A stretch of DNA of 64,000 bases, from contig NC_087245.1 in the NCBI RefSeq assembly GCF_037042905.1, positions 2,234,001-2,298,000 on the forward strand, in the 5' to 3' direction. Below are positions 1-13,100 of this stretch, in pieces. The notes beneath the pieces were generated by a model. The model had not been told where the DNA came from. It searched no databases and was given only the letters and a program-made list of their open reading frames with translations. The position numbers and the translations under genes were made by a program. Numbering within the stretch: position 1 is the first letter of the stretch; every line of letters starts with the position of its first letter. Source of the DNA: Lytechinus pictus (Eukaryota).

Positions 1-3000
1 TGGCCCACTGTATTCATTTAGGGTATCGTGTGTTGTAATCAAACAGTGACACATTCGTAGAAAGTACACGGCTTTCATTATTACCAGCGCATTAAATCCC
101 GGTAAGCAGTGAAATTTATTTTCTTGCCCCCATTTCATTCCTAGAAATATTTGACTCTCAATTTTTAAAGTGTGAGTAATGATATTGAGTCCTTGGGATG
201 TGGAATAGATGCCCTTTTCTTTGTAAATAATACTTTGTCTTTTTATTAAAATGTCACATTTGAAACGAAGGTCTTGTACCCAAGTGCGTTTCAAATTGTA
301 AAAGTAAATTTGAGCTAGGAAAACGAGGAAAAAAACTTCATCAGCAAAGCTGTTGTGGTGTAGGCCTGTATGCTGACAAAAACCTTCAATACACATAACG
401 TAGAAGTACTATGATGACTTTTTGATACAACACAACATCGACCTCTGTGGAATTTAGGTCAGCATGAGGTCGTGTGGGGTCATTGACCAACTTTCCTTCA
501 TGGGGGGGGGGGGGGGAGTGATTGACATCTGATCTCGTCATATATGATAAGCGGGGTTCATTAAGAAAGTGATCATTAGTGAGATCATTTGTCAAATCTA
601 AGGCCATTTATTCTTCTGGGAAATTTGTTCATCTTCTATTGCTCCATTCCTGAGATGTTGAATAACTACCAGTCTCTATCTCAGAAATCATTTGATTACT
701 TGTTGATAAGCAGAGACATCAGAAAATTCATAAATTATCCTTCCTGATATTCGTTTGATGGGAAGACTGCAAGGTTCTGAAAAGGCATGACAGGCCAAAA
801 TTCTATTCAGTAATGGAAGTATTTTGCGCGATATATTTCAATTTTGGCTCATTCTGAAGTTATTTAGTCATATGTGGTCAGTAGATTTTTCATTGCTTGT
901 TATTTAAATAGAAATATCACTAAGGTTTATTGCATACTGACTTAGAAGAACTTTCAAAGCATCTTCTTCTGGTCATATATATAAAATTCGAGAGGTCTTC
1001 TGAATGTACATATATTAAAAGATGAGTGAGAAGGTTATAGTGAGAATGAGAGATGCATTAAATTGTTACATGTACACAAAACAGCTAAAACAGCACCATA
1101 AGTAGATGAAAGTATACAAAACAGAAACTCTACAGTGATATTTTACCCAGTATTTGTAAAAATTCATGCCTCCTCAATGTCTCCTTGATGTCTCAATGTT
1201 CCCAAACAGAGAATTTCAACATACCTTCTTGACCCCTTGTCTTTCAAGACCCTAGATATCAAGTAACAACTTGAATGTCAGATACTTTACTCTTCTGTGT
1301 ATGACCCAAGAAGTTTTTAATGGATGACTCAACTTTAGGTTGCCATGGTACTACAGCTATGTTACAAGAGGGCCAAGTATTTAGTGAGGTTTTGTTACAT
1401 TCTTGTCTGACCTGCTATGACCTTTGACCTTGGGGTTGTTGATGATATGTTGATAATTAGAACTTGATACTGGGAGTTGTCCCATCCTATTTGGGTTTTA
1501 TTTGCAAGTGTTTTTGCAGTGTCTTCTGTTAATTTGATGTGATTCATGTTACTTCTTGTAGTGGCTATTGCACATTCTGTTTCAACAAACTAGACCGATA
1601 CCTGATGCCTGTAATGTAAGCCCTATATGAATTGTACCCCTCTCTTCCCCCCAACAATATGGGTCCTTGACAAGTCGTATTCTGGCAGGAAAACTTACGA
1701 ATTGCAATGTTTTTACATTGCATCTCTATAATGTAAAACCATGTAGGTCCATATTGGTTTCAGCCTACATCTCATATGTTAAAACATATTCACACAGTGA
1801 TGAAGTAAAATAAGTAAAGTATAAAGCTTACATCAATTAAAAATAATGGACACATGGAAGTAAGGAAAATAAAGATAATGTGGAAATTAAATTCAAGTTA
1901 CCCAATTAAATTTGAAAAGAGGTGCTTCAATCGCAGTTTAATAAGCAAAGATTTTGTAGTGACTTTGTAAAACTATTATGGATATGTAGGAACCTAGAAC
2001 ACCTTTGTATGGAAGAATGCAGTCAGATATTATTGAGAGCCTTCTTGGGTGATGGATTTGTGAATATAATTCTGTTTTTAGACATTCAACCCCTTGTTTA
2101 GACTTTGTTTTACCAATTTCAAGATCAATTGATGGTGGCATCCCCAGGTTAACATTACAACAGAAGAGATGAAATCATATTTTCTCTTTTCTAGCCCAAT
2201 TTAGTGTTGTAAATCTTTTGAGGTAAAACACCTGTAAGAAATGCCAGATCGTACAAGTTCAGAGGTTAGGCTCGATAGCTGTAGGGGTAAAGGGGCATGT
2301 CCCCCTCTCCCATTTTACTCCAACCATCCACTATCTTTCAATATGAGCTGTCATGCAGTGAGTGACACACTTAACTGTTTCTTTTCATGTTTGCGTTAAA
2401 AAAATATGACACCATTTAAAATGTATCCATCTTATTTTCACAGTTTGTTCCTTTATATCAAAAGTTTGATAGGTTTGCAAACACTTTTGTCTCAACATGA
2501 ATGATGTTTGTAGTAATACAGATTTACAGAAATATACACCAAAATCGTGACTGACCCCCCCCCCTCCCTTTCACCCACCACCAAAATGCATCAATTTTTC
2601 ATTTGTTTAAATGATGGTTTGATTTTTAAATGTTCATCCCAAATCAAAGTACACCTGGACATGCCCTCTTTGACATAGCTGGTTTTGACCCATATCAGGC
2701 AATCATAGTGTAAAGCAACCCCAATATCAAAGTCAGGTATCAAGGGATTGCCACTTTGACGTAATACCAAATAAATGACCCACTTTTCACAGATCCTAAG
2801 CTAATCTCACTGAAAATGATATGAGTATTATATTTTGAAGGCTATAATTATATGGATGCAAAATCAGTATCAATTGGTACTGGCTTTTATGTTTTGTAAT
2901 TACAGGTTTTTTTTTGTAACCACATTGGCATTTTCACAAGGTTATGATTACTAGTATTCACACTTTAATTTTTAGCATACAAAGATATATGAAAGGCAGG

Positions 3001-3489
3001 AACAATTTCTGACCAAATAGTTTCTTCATAAAAAACAGGCAATTTTTTTTATAATAGCTGAAACATTTATAGATTTTAACTCAGATAATGTCAAATTATG
3101 GAAAATTACTTCACTTTGTTTGCAGCATGTGCCCTTTCACTTTAGATTATACGATTTAATAGAAATATGAATCAATTATAGTGTAATGAATAGGAAACAT
3201 AAATTTTGTAATTCTAATACCTGGAAGACAGAGTTTACTAGTATTACTTTACCTGTGATTAGGTTTATGTTTTACCTGTGAAAACTGGTTTCTGGCAGGT
3301 ACTTGTCTCTGGTGTGTTTTCTGAGTATCTAAACACAGGTTTCAATCAAAATATGAAACACATCAAAGATAGAATGATGTGATATTTTGATACCAGTATT
3401 CCCAATTGGTATGGATTGGAATGTAGTAGAACAAGCTCAATGGAACAAGCTCAGCAGAGACTCACACAGCAGTTTGTGCCTGGGTGAGT

Positions 3490-3559
3490 GGAGGGGAGGA
3501 GGGAGGTGGGGGGGGGGGGTGGGGTGGAGAGGAGGAGGGAGGGAGGGGGGTGCAGAGGG
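3490..3559 (+). repeat. G-rich low-complexity tract (G-quadruplex-capable)
   Basis: Many GGG runs in ~70 nt. Confidence 0.6.
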
Positions 3560-3806
3560 AAATAGTGTGCATTATGATCAATATAGCTCAGGCAAGTGTG
3601 GTTATAATGATCAATGCTAAAGATATGCTGTTTTAGGGGTTTAAGTTGTATTATTTTCCGAATACAATAAAAAATAATTTCTGTATGCTCTATTCTCATT
3701 CACAGTGCCTACATTTAGTTGTGACCTTCCCCTTAATCCATGCTATAGAATTGAAATTTGTCATACCAGTATTTAATTTGTTTCTTTTGTTTTTATCTTC
3801 TTACAG

Positions 3807-4169
3807 TATGTACTGGCACAGATCAAGGTACCGCTAAACCATACAACAGCGATACTGCCGGAGCAAGGCAACAGTACTATGAAGATTTAAAGGAAAGATA
3901 TACAAACTGTACATACGTTGACGGAAACCTGGAAATATCCTTTCTCCATGAGCAAGAATATGATCTTAGCTTTCTCTCATCGATACGGGAAGTCACAGGA
4001 TATATTCTCATTCTCTTGACGTATTCCCGGGTGATACCGCTCACAAACTTACGGGTTATCAGAGGAACAAAGCTTTACGACGACAAGTACGCCCTCTATG
4101 TTGCATTGACGTTTCATACAGGAGATCCAGAAATAGCTACAGAAGAGATTTGGTTAACATCATTACATG
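3807..4169 (+). CDS. EGFR: EGFR exon 1 in window (L1 domain)
   Basis: ttacag|...|gtaagt; VCTGT...[13 protein letters not shown]...LTNLRVIRG. Confidence 0.95.
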
Positions 4170-7100
4170 GTAAGTCTATTGATAGCTATGTACCTAGTTA
4201 TTATTTGTTGTCATACTTTGTTCATGTATTATTTTTGGGGTTTTGGTTTTTATTTAAAGTTAAAAACTTAAAAGATAAATATTCTATTAATGATGGGAAT
4301 GTTTCCTGGATCCACATCGGCTCCTGAATAGCAGAAGTGAATAATATGAAAAATCAGCCAAGTTGAATGAAACAATTTCCAGAGATTCTGAAATAGCCTT
4401 GGGTAAAAGAAATAGACAATGAGTGTTGAATTGGTTATTGGTCTAATCTCACTCTGTCTAATTCTATGCTATCAATAAGAAGTCTTGATATCTAGCTGCT
4501 CCTTGGCCCATGCACCATTTTGGTATATATTTGAAATATTTCCATTGGTCTAAAACCTCTTTGTCTCTATGGTTTTATGAGCTAGAAGACCACAGGAGAA
4601 ACACCAAATAGGTTTTTGACAATGGGGTAGTTCATTCAAACAGGTAGTGACCAGTATTTCATAAAAGGTGTTTAACACAAAAAAGCATAATGGGGTTTAA
4701 ACATCCTCCTTGGTTCTTTAAGCACACTAAAATATTGGGAATATTCAAATGATGCCTATGTGTACATTTAGGGAGAATAAAATTGGATCAGATTCAGCAT
4801 TTCAGCATGGGGCATCCTTAAAAACAAAGGCGAGGTAATATCTATGGTACACTTAAATTCTCAGCTGTGATATCAGATCAATGATTTTTGCTACGCTGAT
4901 GTTTTTGACATGATCTGAACTGTCACATACTTCTTCCATAAATCCCAATCAAACGCTCGTATCGATGAATGATGATTAAACCAGGCGCGGATCCAGGGGG
5001 CACGTGCCCCCTTCCTTTTGAGAAGCAAAATTAAAAATTTGTAATGTAAAAATGCCATGAAAACAGAGGTGTGGCCCCTCTTTTGAAATTGAACACCTTT
5101 TTTTTTGGCTTGTCAAATTTTTTCGGGTACGAAATATCCTTAATTTGTTGTTGAAAACCTTTTTTTTTTTGGGGGGGGGGGGGCTTGTCAAAATTTTCCT
5201 CCGAAAAATTCCCCCCCCCCCTTTGGAAAATCCTGGATCCTCCCCTGATTAAACATACTGATTTTAAGATTAAAAAAGGAATTCAATCATATTAATCATG
5301 GTTTCATTCAATTTTTAAACTAGTATTGCTAAAATTGTGTTTTTTCTTGCAGAAATCTTGAAAGGAGATGTATACTTTCATCAGAATAATCAACTGTGCT
5401 ATGTACAGACCATTGCCTGGGATGACATGCAACCTGGTTTGGTAGCCAACTTCTCAGTATGGGATGAACATCCACAACGTAACTGCTTAGGTGAGGACTA
5501 TTTCATGTGCTTACAGCAAGAAAGGCATTAGCTACTTAGAAAGATAAACTTATTTTGCTCTTTAAATCTGTTAGTTGAGAAAATTTTTAAATAATGATAC
5601 ATAGGGACGTTGTCTCTGAGTATTTTAAAGATTACTAATGCAGTCATTGTATTCTATATGGTATACATATCCATAATTTTTATTTATGGAATGCAAGTAC
5701 TTCTTTTATACACAATTTGATATGTGCAAGGTCAGTGCCACTTCCTCTTGTTAAAGTAATTTATAATTATTAATGTTTATCTTTGTTCATCTTCTTTTAC
5801 ACAGAACACCAATGTCATGAATCATGCAAGGGTCGATGCTGGGGTCCAGGAGAGGACCATTGTCAGATATGTGAGTAGACAATGTAATACATCATCATTC
5901 TCCTCAGTTATTTATTCATAATATGAAGATATTAAGCTCTATACATTTTGGTCCATTGAAATAGATAATATTTGAAATATTTCTAGAAGAATAAAGGGAA
6001 GCTGTTTCAATTGATTTTGCATTATTATTTTCTCCAAATCACTCAAAACTTTATTATCAGTCAATAACTTTGATCTATGGTTTGTATGTTTGAAAAGATA
6101 AAGCATGACATTTTTTTGCAGGAAGGTAAATTCTCGTCTTGTCACAAATGCTGAATGAAAGGCATTCTGTCATCTAACCTATAATACTGGAAATTTCTTT
6201 TTGTGAGTAAATGTCTAAATTTGTCCATGGATTTTACTTTTCATGTCTTGGTACACATAAATATTAAGTCTTTCCCTTTTCCTCTCTATAGTAACGCTAA
6301 AAGATTGCAGCTCAACATGCGACTACCGTTGTCGAGGTCCTACTCAGGCGGACTGCTGCCACAGAAGTTGCGCTGGGGGTTGCACCAATTCTTCTAATGC
6401 TGGATGTCTGGTGAGTTTGAACCCTGACCTTCTTGCGGGTGCCATTTACCAAACCACTTAACCATGTTGTCATATGCTGACAGGGGTCAGGTAGCTTTAT
6501 AAAAAAATTTGTGTCCATTGTCTTTCAGCATGTTTGTTACATGGATTTCACAGTAGTTTCGCCAAAAGTCATTGATTTGTTCGTACAGAAATGGCAGGAT
6601 TGGATGGTAAAAGATGCTGAGTGGGTTTCCTTTGGAAATGCACATTCAAAAAAGGTTCACACAAGATGCCTTAGATCCCTAGAATTACAAATTCACTTCA
6701 CTTCTTACTCCCTCTTTGCTTCACCTCATTATTTACTCCAGAATATAGGTGTCTTGATATCTCTCCTCCATAAAGGTTATAGGTTCTGTGCATCATTTGT
6801 TGCATTATTTCTGTTCAGATTTATTCATAACCTAAACTCAACTCTTTCTTCCTTAGGCTTGTCGGCAATTCTCACTGGATAACACCTGTGTGGAAAGCTG
6901 TCCTCGGCGATACGAGTATGATAGAAATACATTCACCAATGTGGAGAACCCAAACTTCCGCTATTCCTATGGTTCCAGATGCCTCAAAGACTGTCCAAGT
7001 AAGATTTTAATCTATAAGTGAACTTGAGGGAGCATTTCCTGCAGCATCTTGGTAATGGTTATCACTGACTAATCTTTTATTATCCAATCAGATGCAAGAA

Positions 7101-10100
7101 TTTCATTAGCACATAACAGGTGCTGGTGTTGAGTAACATTTCATGGAGTATCTTGTGTGTGGTATTCATTGACAAATCTTAGATGCAGATTTTTGTGTAG
7201 CTTGTGACAGGTGCCCGTGTCTAAGGAGCATTTTATGCAGCATCTTGTCAGCACTGACTAATCTTCTGGCAGCCAATCATATTATAGGATTGATGAAAGA
7301 ATAATACATTATGATATGATTCAACACTTTAGAGAAAACTATTTAAGTGACATGGTTATGAAAGGCATATATGACAGAACAAATAGCCATTGTAGTGCTC
7401 CATCAGAAGCAGAAGGGATCATCTACAAGATGTATATTGTTTGTACCTCACTATTCATCATTCTTTGATTTCAGATAACGTCTTGATAGATGGCGATAAC
7501 TGTGTGAAGGTTTGTGGGCCAGGAAAGAAAGAACAAAACAACCAATGCATTCCATGTGATGGCATCTGCCCAAGCAGTAAGTAATCCTTCACTACACAGT
7601 TCAAGGCCAGTTTAATATAGTAGTATCTGGACTATCCTAATTGCAAAATGGTAGGACCAGTATTGATGAACTAGTGTATTATTTATGTTAGCTGAACTGT
7701 TATATTTTACGTACTAAGAATATTGCTTTCTGATAGGTGGAAGGTGATCATGTGACCCCTCATGTGAAACACAGGGTTTCGCTGATCTTTTTTTTAAAGT
7801 CAACATCTTTAAAGTGTATAACAAACCTTATCATCTGGAGGATGAGCAAAATGATTTTATTTTTTTGGAGGTGGGGGGAGTACATTGCACAGTTTATCTT
7901 GCTTAAAAGTTTGTTTCACTGAGTCATTATCTTACTCAGAAGTGCACTTAGATAAGTGTGAACAAGTGTTCCTTACCAATGCAAAATAATTGCAAATACA
8001 AGTTCCCACCAAAAGTAAACAGTTGTAGGCCCAATTGGTAGTAGTAAGTTGGAGTAGGAATTCACGTTTATACAAATAATGTGTTCTTAACACAGCGGAC
8101 AAGCAAAATTTTGGGAGTCGCTGCATCCGATTTCATCTGCTCCAGAAATGGACAAAATTAGCAAAAACAGAAAATAACGGACGTTTGTAGTATTTAGCGG
8201 GGATGTTAAATGGATGTTCATCGGAAGCCTAGTGGATGGCAGTTCTGAATGGGTTACCTGGGGATTTGAAAACTTTATATACAAGATGCATACGCTTAAA
8301 TCCTTTCTATTTCCGCGCCACTAACGATGTATAAACGTTCCATGTACCTTATTTTTCCTCTCTCTTTCCGTTGTTCAGCTCGAACGTATGAAGCACGCTT
8401 GCAATGAGTACGCAAAGGATGCGTAGTGTTTTCCATCGGATGCCAAGATTTTTGTACGTTTTACATCCACTTTGCATCCGTAAGTGCAGTGGGACCGGGC
8501 CTTTAGGTACCAGACTAAAATAAACTTAGATATTTTAAGAGCCTAATATGTGTAGTACATTGATTGAATATCTTTTGACTATGTCTCACACTTTCTTCTG
8601 TATTTCTCTTCTTTTTTTTCACGTAACAGCTTGTGAAGGGATAGGAGACGATACATCATTATCCTCTGTTCATATCAAGAGTAAACAGTTTGATAATTGC
8701 ACCAAGATTAACGGGAATCTAATCATCACTTCACATACCTTTACTGGGTGAGCTAGTCACATGATCTATTCATACCTTGGTCAGGTGTGGATCCAGCTGG
8801 ATTAGACACAAATGTATTGCGAGGCCAACTATTATGAAATAACAATATGCCCCTAAAATGGTATCATGTCTAATACGGCTGGATCCGCGCCTGATTATTT
8901 TACTGCAATGCCACACGTAGAACGTTTGACTTGATCCCCCAAAATGGATTTAATTTCTTGTGTTGCATCCCTACCAGTCAAAGAAATTTGCACCTCATTG
9001 GATACCAACTGAAACAATAAAACATTCTCTAACTATCCACAACAGCGCCATCTTGTGACTATAATGTTGATTATTGATTTTGCACTGTGCATTGTTATAG
9101 CAGGGAGTGAAAAATGGACAGTAGGGCCTACCTGTAAACCTGCTATACGAGATGCTTGGACTTTATCAAGGAAACATTCTCTAGAGAGGGTATAGATGAA
9201 AGGAAGTAGTATGTAATTATAAGAATAACAGTCTATCTTGACATGAATTTTATAAGGCTGCAGTCTTCAACCATACTTACAAATTTCCGTTTTTTAATCA
9301 AAATTTCTTATTTCTTTACATAGACCTTTACTCCAATGAAAAGGTACCATTTTATGAATAAAGATTTGAAAATAGATATCAAGAATGAATTGTGAATATT
9401 ATGAATATTATGAATATAAATATGAATGCTGAGACTTGGTATAATGAATAGGATAATAACAAAAATATTTTGTAAGACACCATGTTCATGTACGTACAAA
9501 AGCTCTGGGTCTGATATAAACAAGTGAGGTGAAAATAGGTGAAAAGGATATGTCTTAATGTTTGACCTCTGATTGTATATCATAGCAGGTTTGAAATTTT
9601 CTTTGTTTCATTTTGTTTGTAATAGTTAGTATGTAAATCTTTTCACGTGTTTTCAAATATGATTATTTTTATTATTATTATTATGTTTATTTATTCTTTC
9701 AGTGATGGTTTCGTAGGTACCACCCCCGTTGAGCCTAGTTCCTTGGAGATCTTTAAGACGGTGAAACAGATAACTGGTTACCTGTCAGTCCAAGGACTTC
9801 ATCATGCTTTCACCAACCTCTCTATCTTCAGTAACCTAGAGAGGATTGATGGTCGTAACTTGTACGGGTAAGGAATATGATAAATAAATCTTTCTTGCTG
9901 AAGTTCCAGGTCTTTATCTGGCCCTGGTTCCTTATATATGTTCAGATTTTTGAATTCAGATAAAACTGAAAATTGAGATGATTCGACAAATCATGTTTAT
10001 TTAAATTAGATGACATAGAGAAGTCAAACTTTAAAACCAATCAGTAAGAATAAAAACAGAAATTTAAGCTCACAAATAAGAAGCTGCTGGCAGCTACAGT

Positions 10101-13100
10101 GCAAACTCAGATGAATAACCCAAAATTTGTTTATCTTCAAGCTATGGGGAAGGGGGGGTGAGGTAATATGCAGTATACTTGTGACAGGAGTATTGAGGAA
10201 CATACATCATTTTTATTATGCTCTACTTGCATTAATCCCATTGTTTTATTCACATTATTTTTTTTTCATATATTTTCAAATGTGTTGTACATGTCAAGAG
10301 TTCTAAGTGAAGTAACAGCTTACCAGTTTTGTTTTGGGAAACAGGGAGTAAGGATCTTTTTTTTTTCATTAGTTTTTTCAAGGTTAAAAGGAAGGGATAT
10401 TTTCAGATTTCATTTATGGAATTTCAAGTAATGTATTGTAAATAATCAAAACAAGATAAAAAAATCCTCGCTTGTCAGATTGCTTTCATTACAATGATAT
10501 TAACAAACAAAGCATACCAGGAAAAACACTAACAAACGATTATATACCAATGATGATCAACAGTTATTTCTCTACTGATGGGGTTTTTTGGGGGGGAGGG
10601 AGGACAAAATGAAAAAAAAAAAAAAATGATGGAAATTCATATTAATTCAAACATGTCGATCTTCTACAAAGATCCGAGTGAACAATAAAATTATGAAGAA
10701 GCTTCATTTTCTCTGAAAATTAATTTCTTTTTAATTTCTCAGGTATTACCACCAATGAAAATAACAAACCCTTGTTTACATATATTTATATACACTCCCT
10801 GATGTCAAGTCTGTATTTCAAAAAATAAAGCATGAATATGTATTCACGTCAGCAATATATCATGAATACAAGCTAAGCCTCATACCTTGCTATCATTTAA
10901 ATTGTGACCATGTTGAAAGTATAGGAGAGGTGGTGGACATTAATTATATAAACCAAGTGTGTTGCCATGGAAATGGGGGCCCTAAAGCTTATTAGTTGTG
11001 ATGCTACTTCACCTACTTCATAACAAACATATACCACAGGGTCGGCGGTGCCAAGGCGGATGCTGTATACATCACATCAACCAACTTGGATTTCTTTGGT
11101 ACGACGAGTCTAAAGGAGGTATCCAACGGTGACATCACAGTCACAAGCAATTCAAAGCTCTGCTACTTGCAGAGGCCAATGTTTAAGTCTATCAGAAAGT
11201 CAAACCGTCAGACTTTAACCGTTACTGGTAGTCGCAGTGAGGAGGAATGTAGTAAGTATGAACCCTCCCTCAACGTCCTCTCAATCCGAATGGATCGTCT
11301 GTATATATATATGCACCCCTCGCACCAAAATATCCCAACTGGATGCTTGTATCTCTTGCATGTTGTCCTTGCATGCCTTGCCCTTAACATAAGTTACTAA
11401 CCTGATAATGATGATAAACTCTTTGGTCAGCAGGTGGTATCTTTAGGTCTCAAAGAACACCACAGAGCAGCAGTGATGAAGGAAGGACTCCTAGGTCATG
11501 CTGTAGAGATGCGTCGCTAAGCAGCTATGTTTCATTGAAGTATATATATACTTTGCACTTGTAGCCCTGGTATGCACATACTATATATCAAGTAGATCGT
11601 TCGAGGGATGAATTTCTTGGCTATTTTCTCATGGTGTCAATGTGAAAAGTGTTTTCTGTATATTTCATTGAATTTGATGATATGTACTGTCTAATTATCT
11701 CTCTGTTTATTGATGATTTAGAGAGCCGCCGTATGCCTCGCTGGCCATTCTTGATAACCTACATCTCGACTCCTTGAGCATGGTCTCACTTAAAGAGGTC
11801 AAGCTGGGTGGGGCGTACGTCCAAGATAACCCTAATCTCTGCTATAGCGAGGATATAACGTTTAAACACATCATAAATTCAGAGTATACTGTCTCCTTCG
11901 TAAGCAACAAACGTTTGGAAGAATGTAGTGAGTATACCCAAACACTATCCCGCTCCTTCAAATAAAACCCCTTAAAATACCCAAACTCAACCCCATAATT
12001 ATCTCAACAATCCCTGAGTGCCAGTTATTATATCCTGTGTGGTGTTAATGTCTTTGACACACAGTACTTTTATAAGATGGGATACATATTAATGCATGTT
12101 TGTTTATGATATGTGGGTTTATGTAATATTTAAGATGTTGGGAAGCTGTAGAAACTAACCACTGCATGTATGAATTGTATGGTGTTGCATGTCATGTTAA
12201 TAATAATGTAACATTATAACATCCCTGCATGATGTGACCTTGTTGGTTTAAATACTGATATGAGATGGTATTCACTTTGCAAAGTCATTCTCAAAAGAAA
12301 AAAAAAAGTACCATGAATTCCTCATAAAGATATTTTCATTGCTCCAGTTTAACTTCAGGATCCATAGACAAAGATATCACTGAGATACAAGCTATTTTTT
12401 TCATTTCAGTTGAAAAACAAACAAAAAAACTTTTTATTTGAGAATGGGTTTTGCTATGTTGATATAATATAGCCATTTTATGCCATGTATGTATGCGTGA
12501 TGAATTTTTTTTTTGCATGTGAATGTTAACTTCACTTCTTCTTAATATCAGCATGTTTGCATGTTTGAATCTTTTTCTTCACCTCACTCTCACTGCCTGT
12601 TTTTGTTTGTTATATTACACCTTCTCTGCACTACCTATATTCACTATTGCATGCCTGTTAACCAATGCATGAATGCTATTGCATGAATACTATAACATGA
12701 TGCCACTGCATGAATATATTTACCTTTGGTTTACTTGGTTTAAGATGGGTTTTATCTTCCTTTTACCTTGCTCTTCTTTCTTATCTTTATTTCTGAAATA
12801 TTTTCAAATCAAGGAAGATAGTCTCTCTTGACCAATCACTACTGTTTTATAGAGAGATGCTATTTGCAATCTATTTTGCTTCACTTGCATGACATTGCAT
12901 GTATGCACCCCTTACAATTAATGGACTGACCCATTAAACTTCACTGACCAATCACAGTCTGCCAAACACTTTTGCACACTCCACACACTGGTCAGAAGTA
13001 AAGCTTTAGAAGGAATACAAAGTGCAATATTACGGAGAAAAGAGGACAACAATTATGATCTCAACTTTATAACTTTTATGATATAGTGTAAAAAAAATTG

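Noticed and set aside
1..3806. EGFR first (signal-peptide) exon and promoter
   Set aside because: I found no convincing ATG-hydrophobic segment ending in a phase-1 donor; it probably lies upstream of the window.
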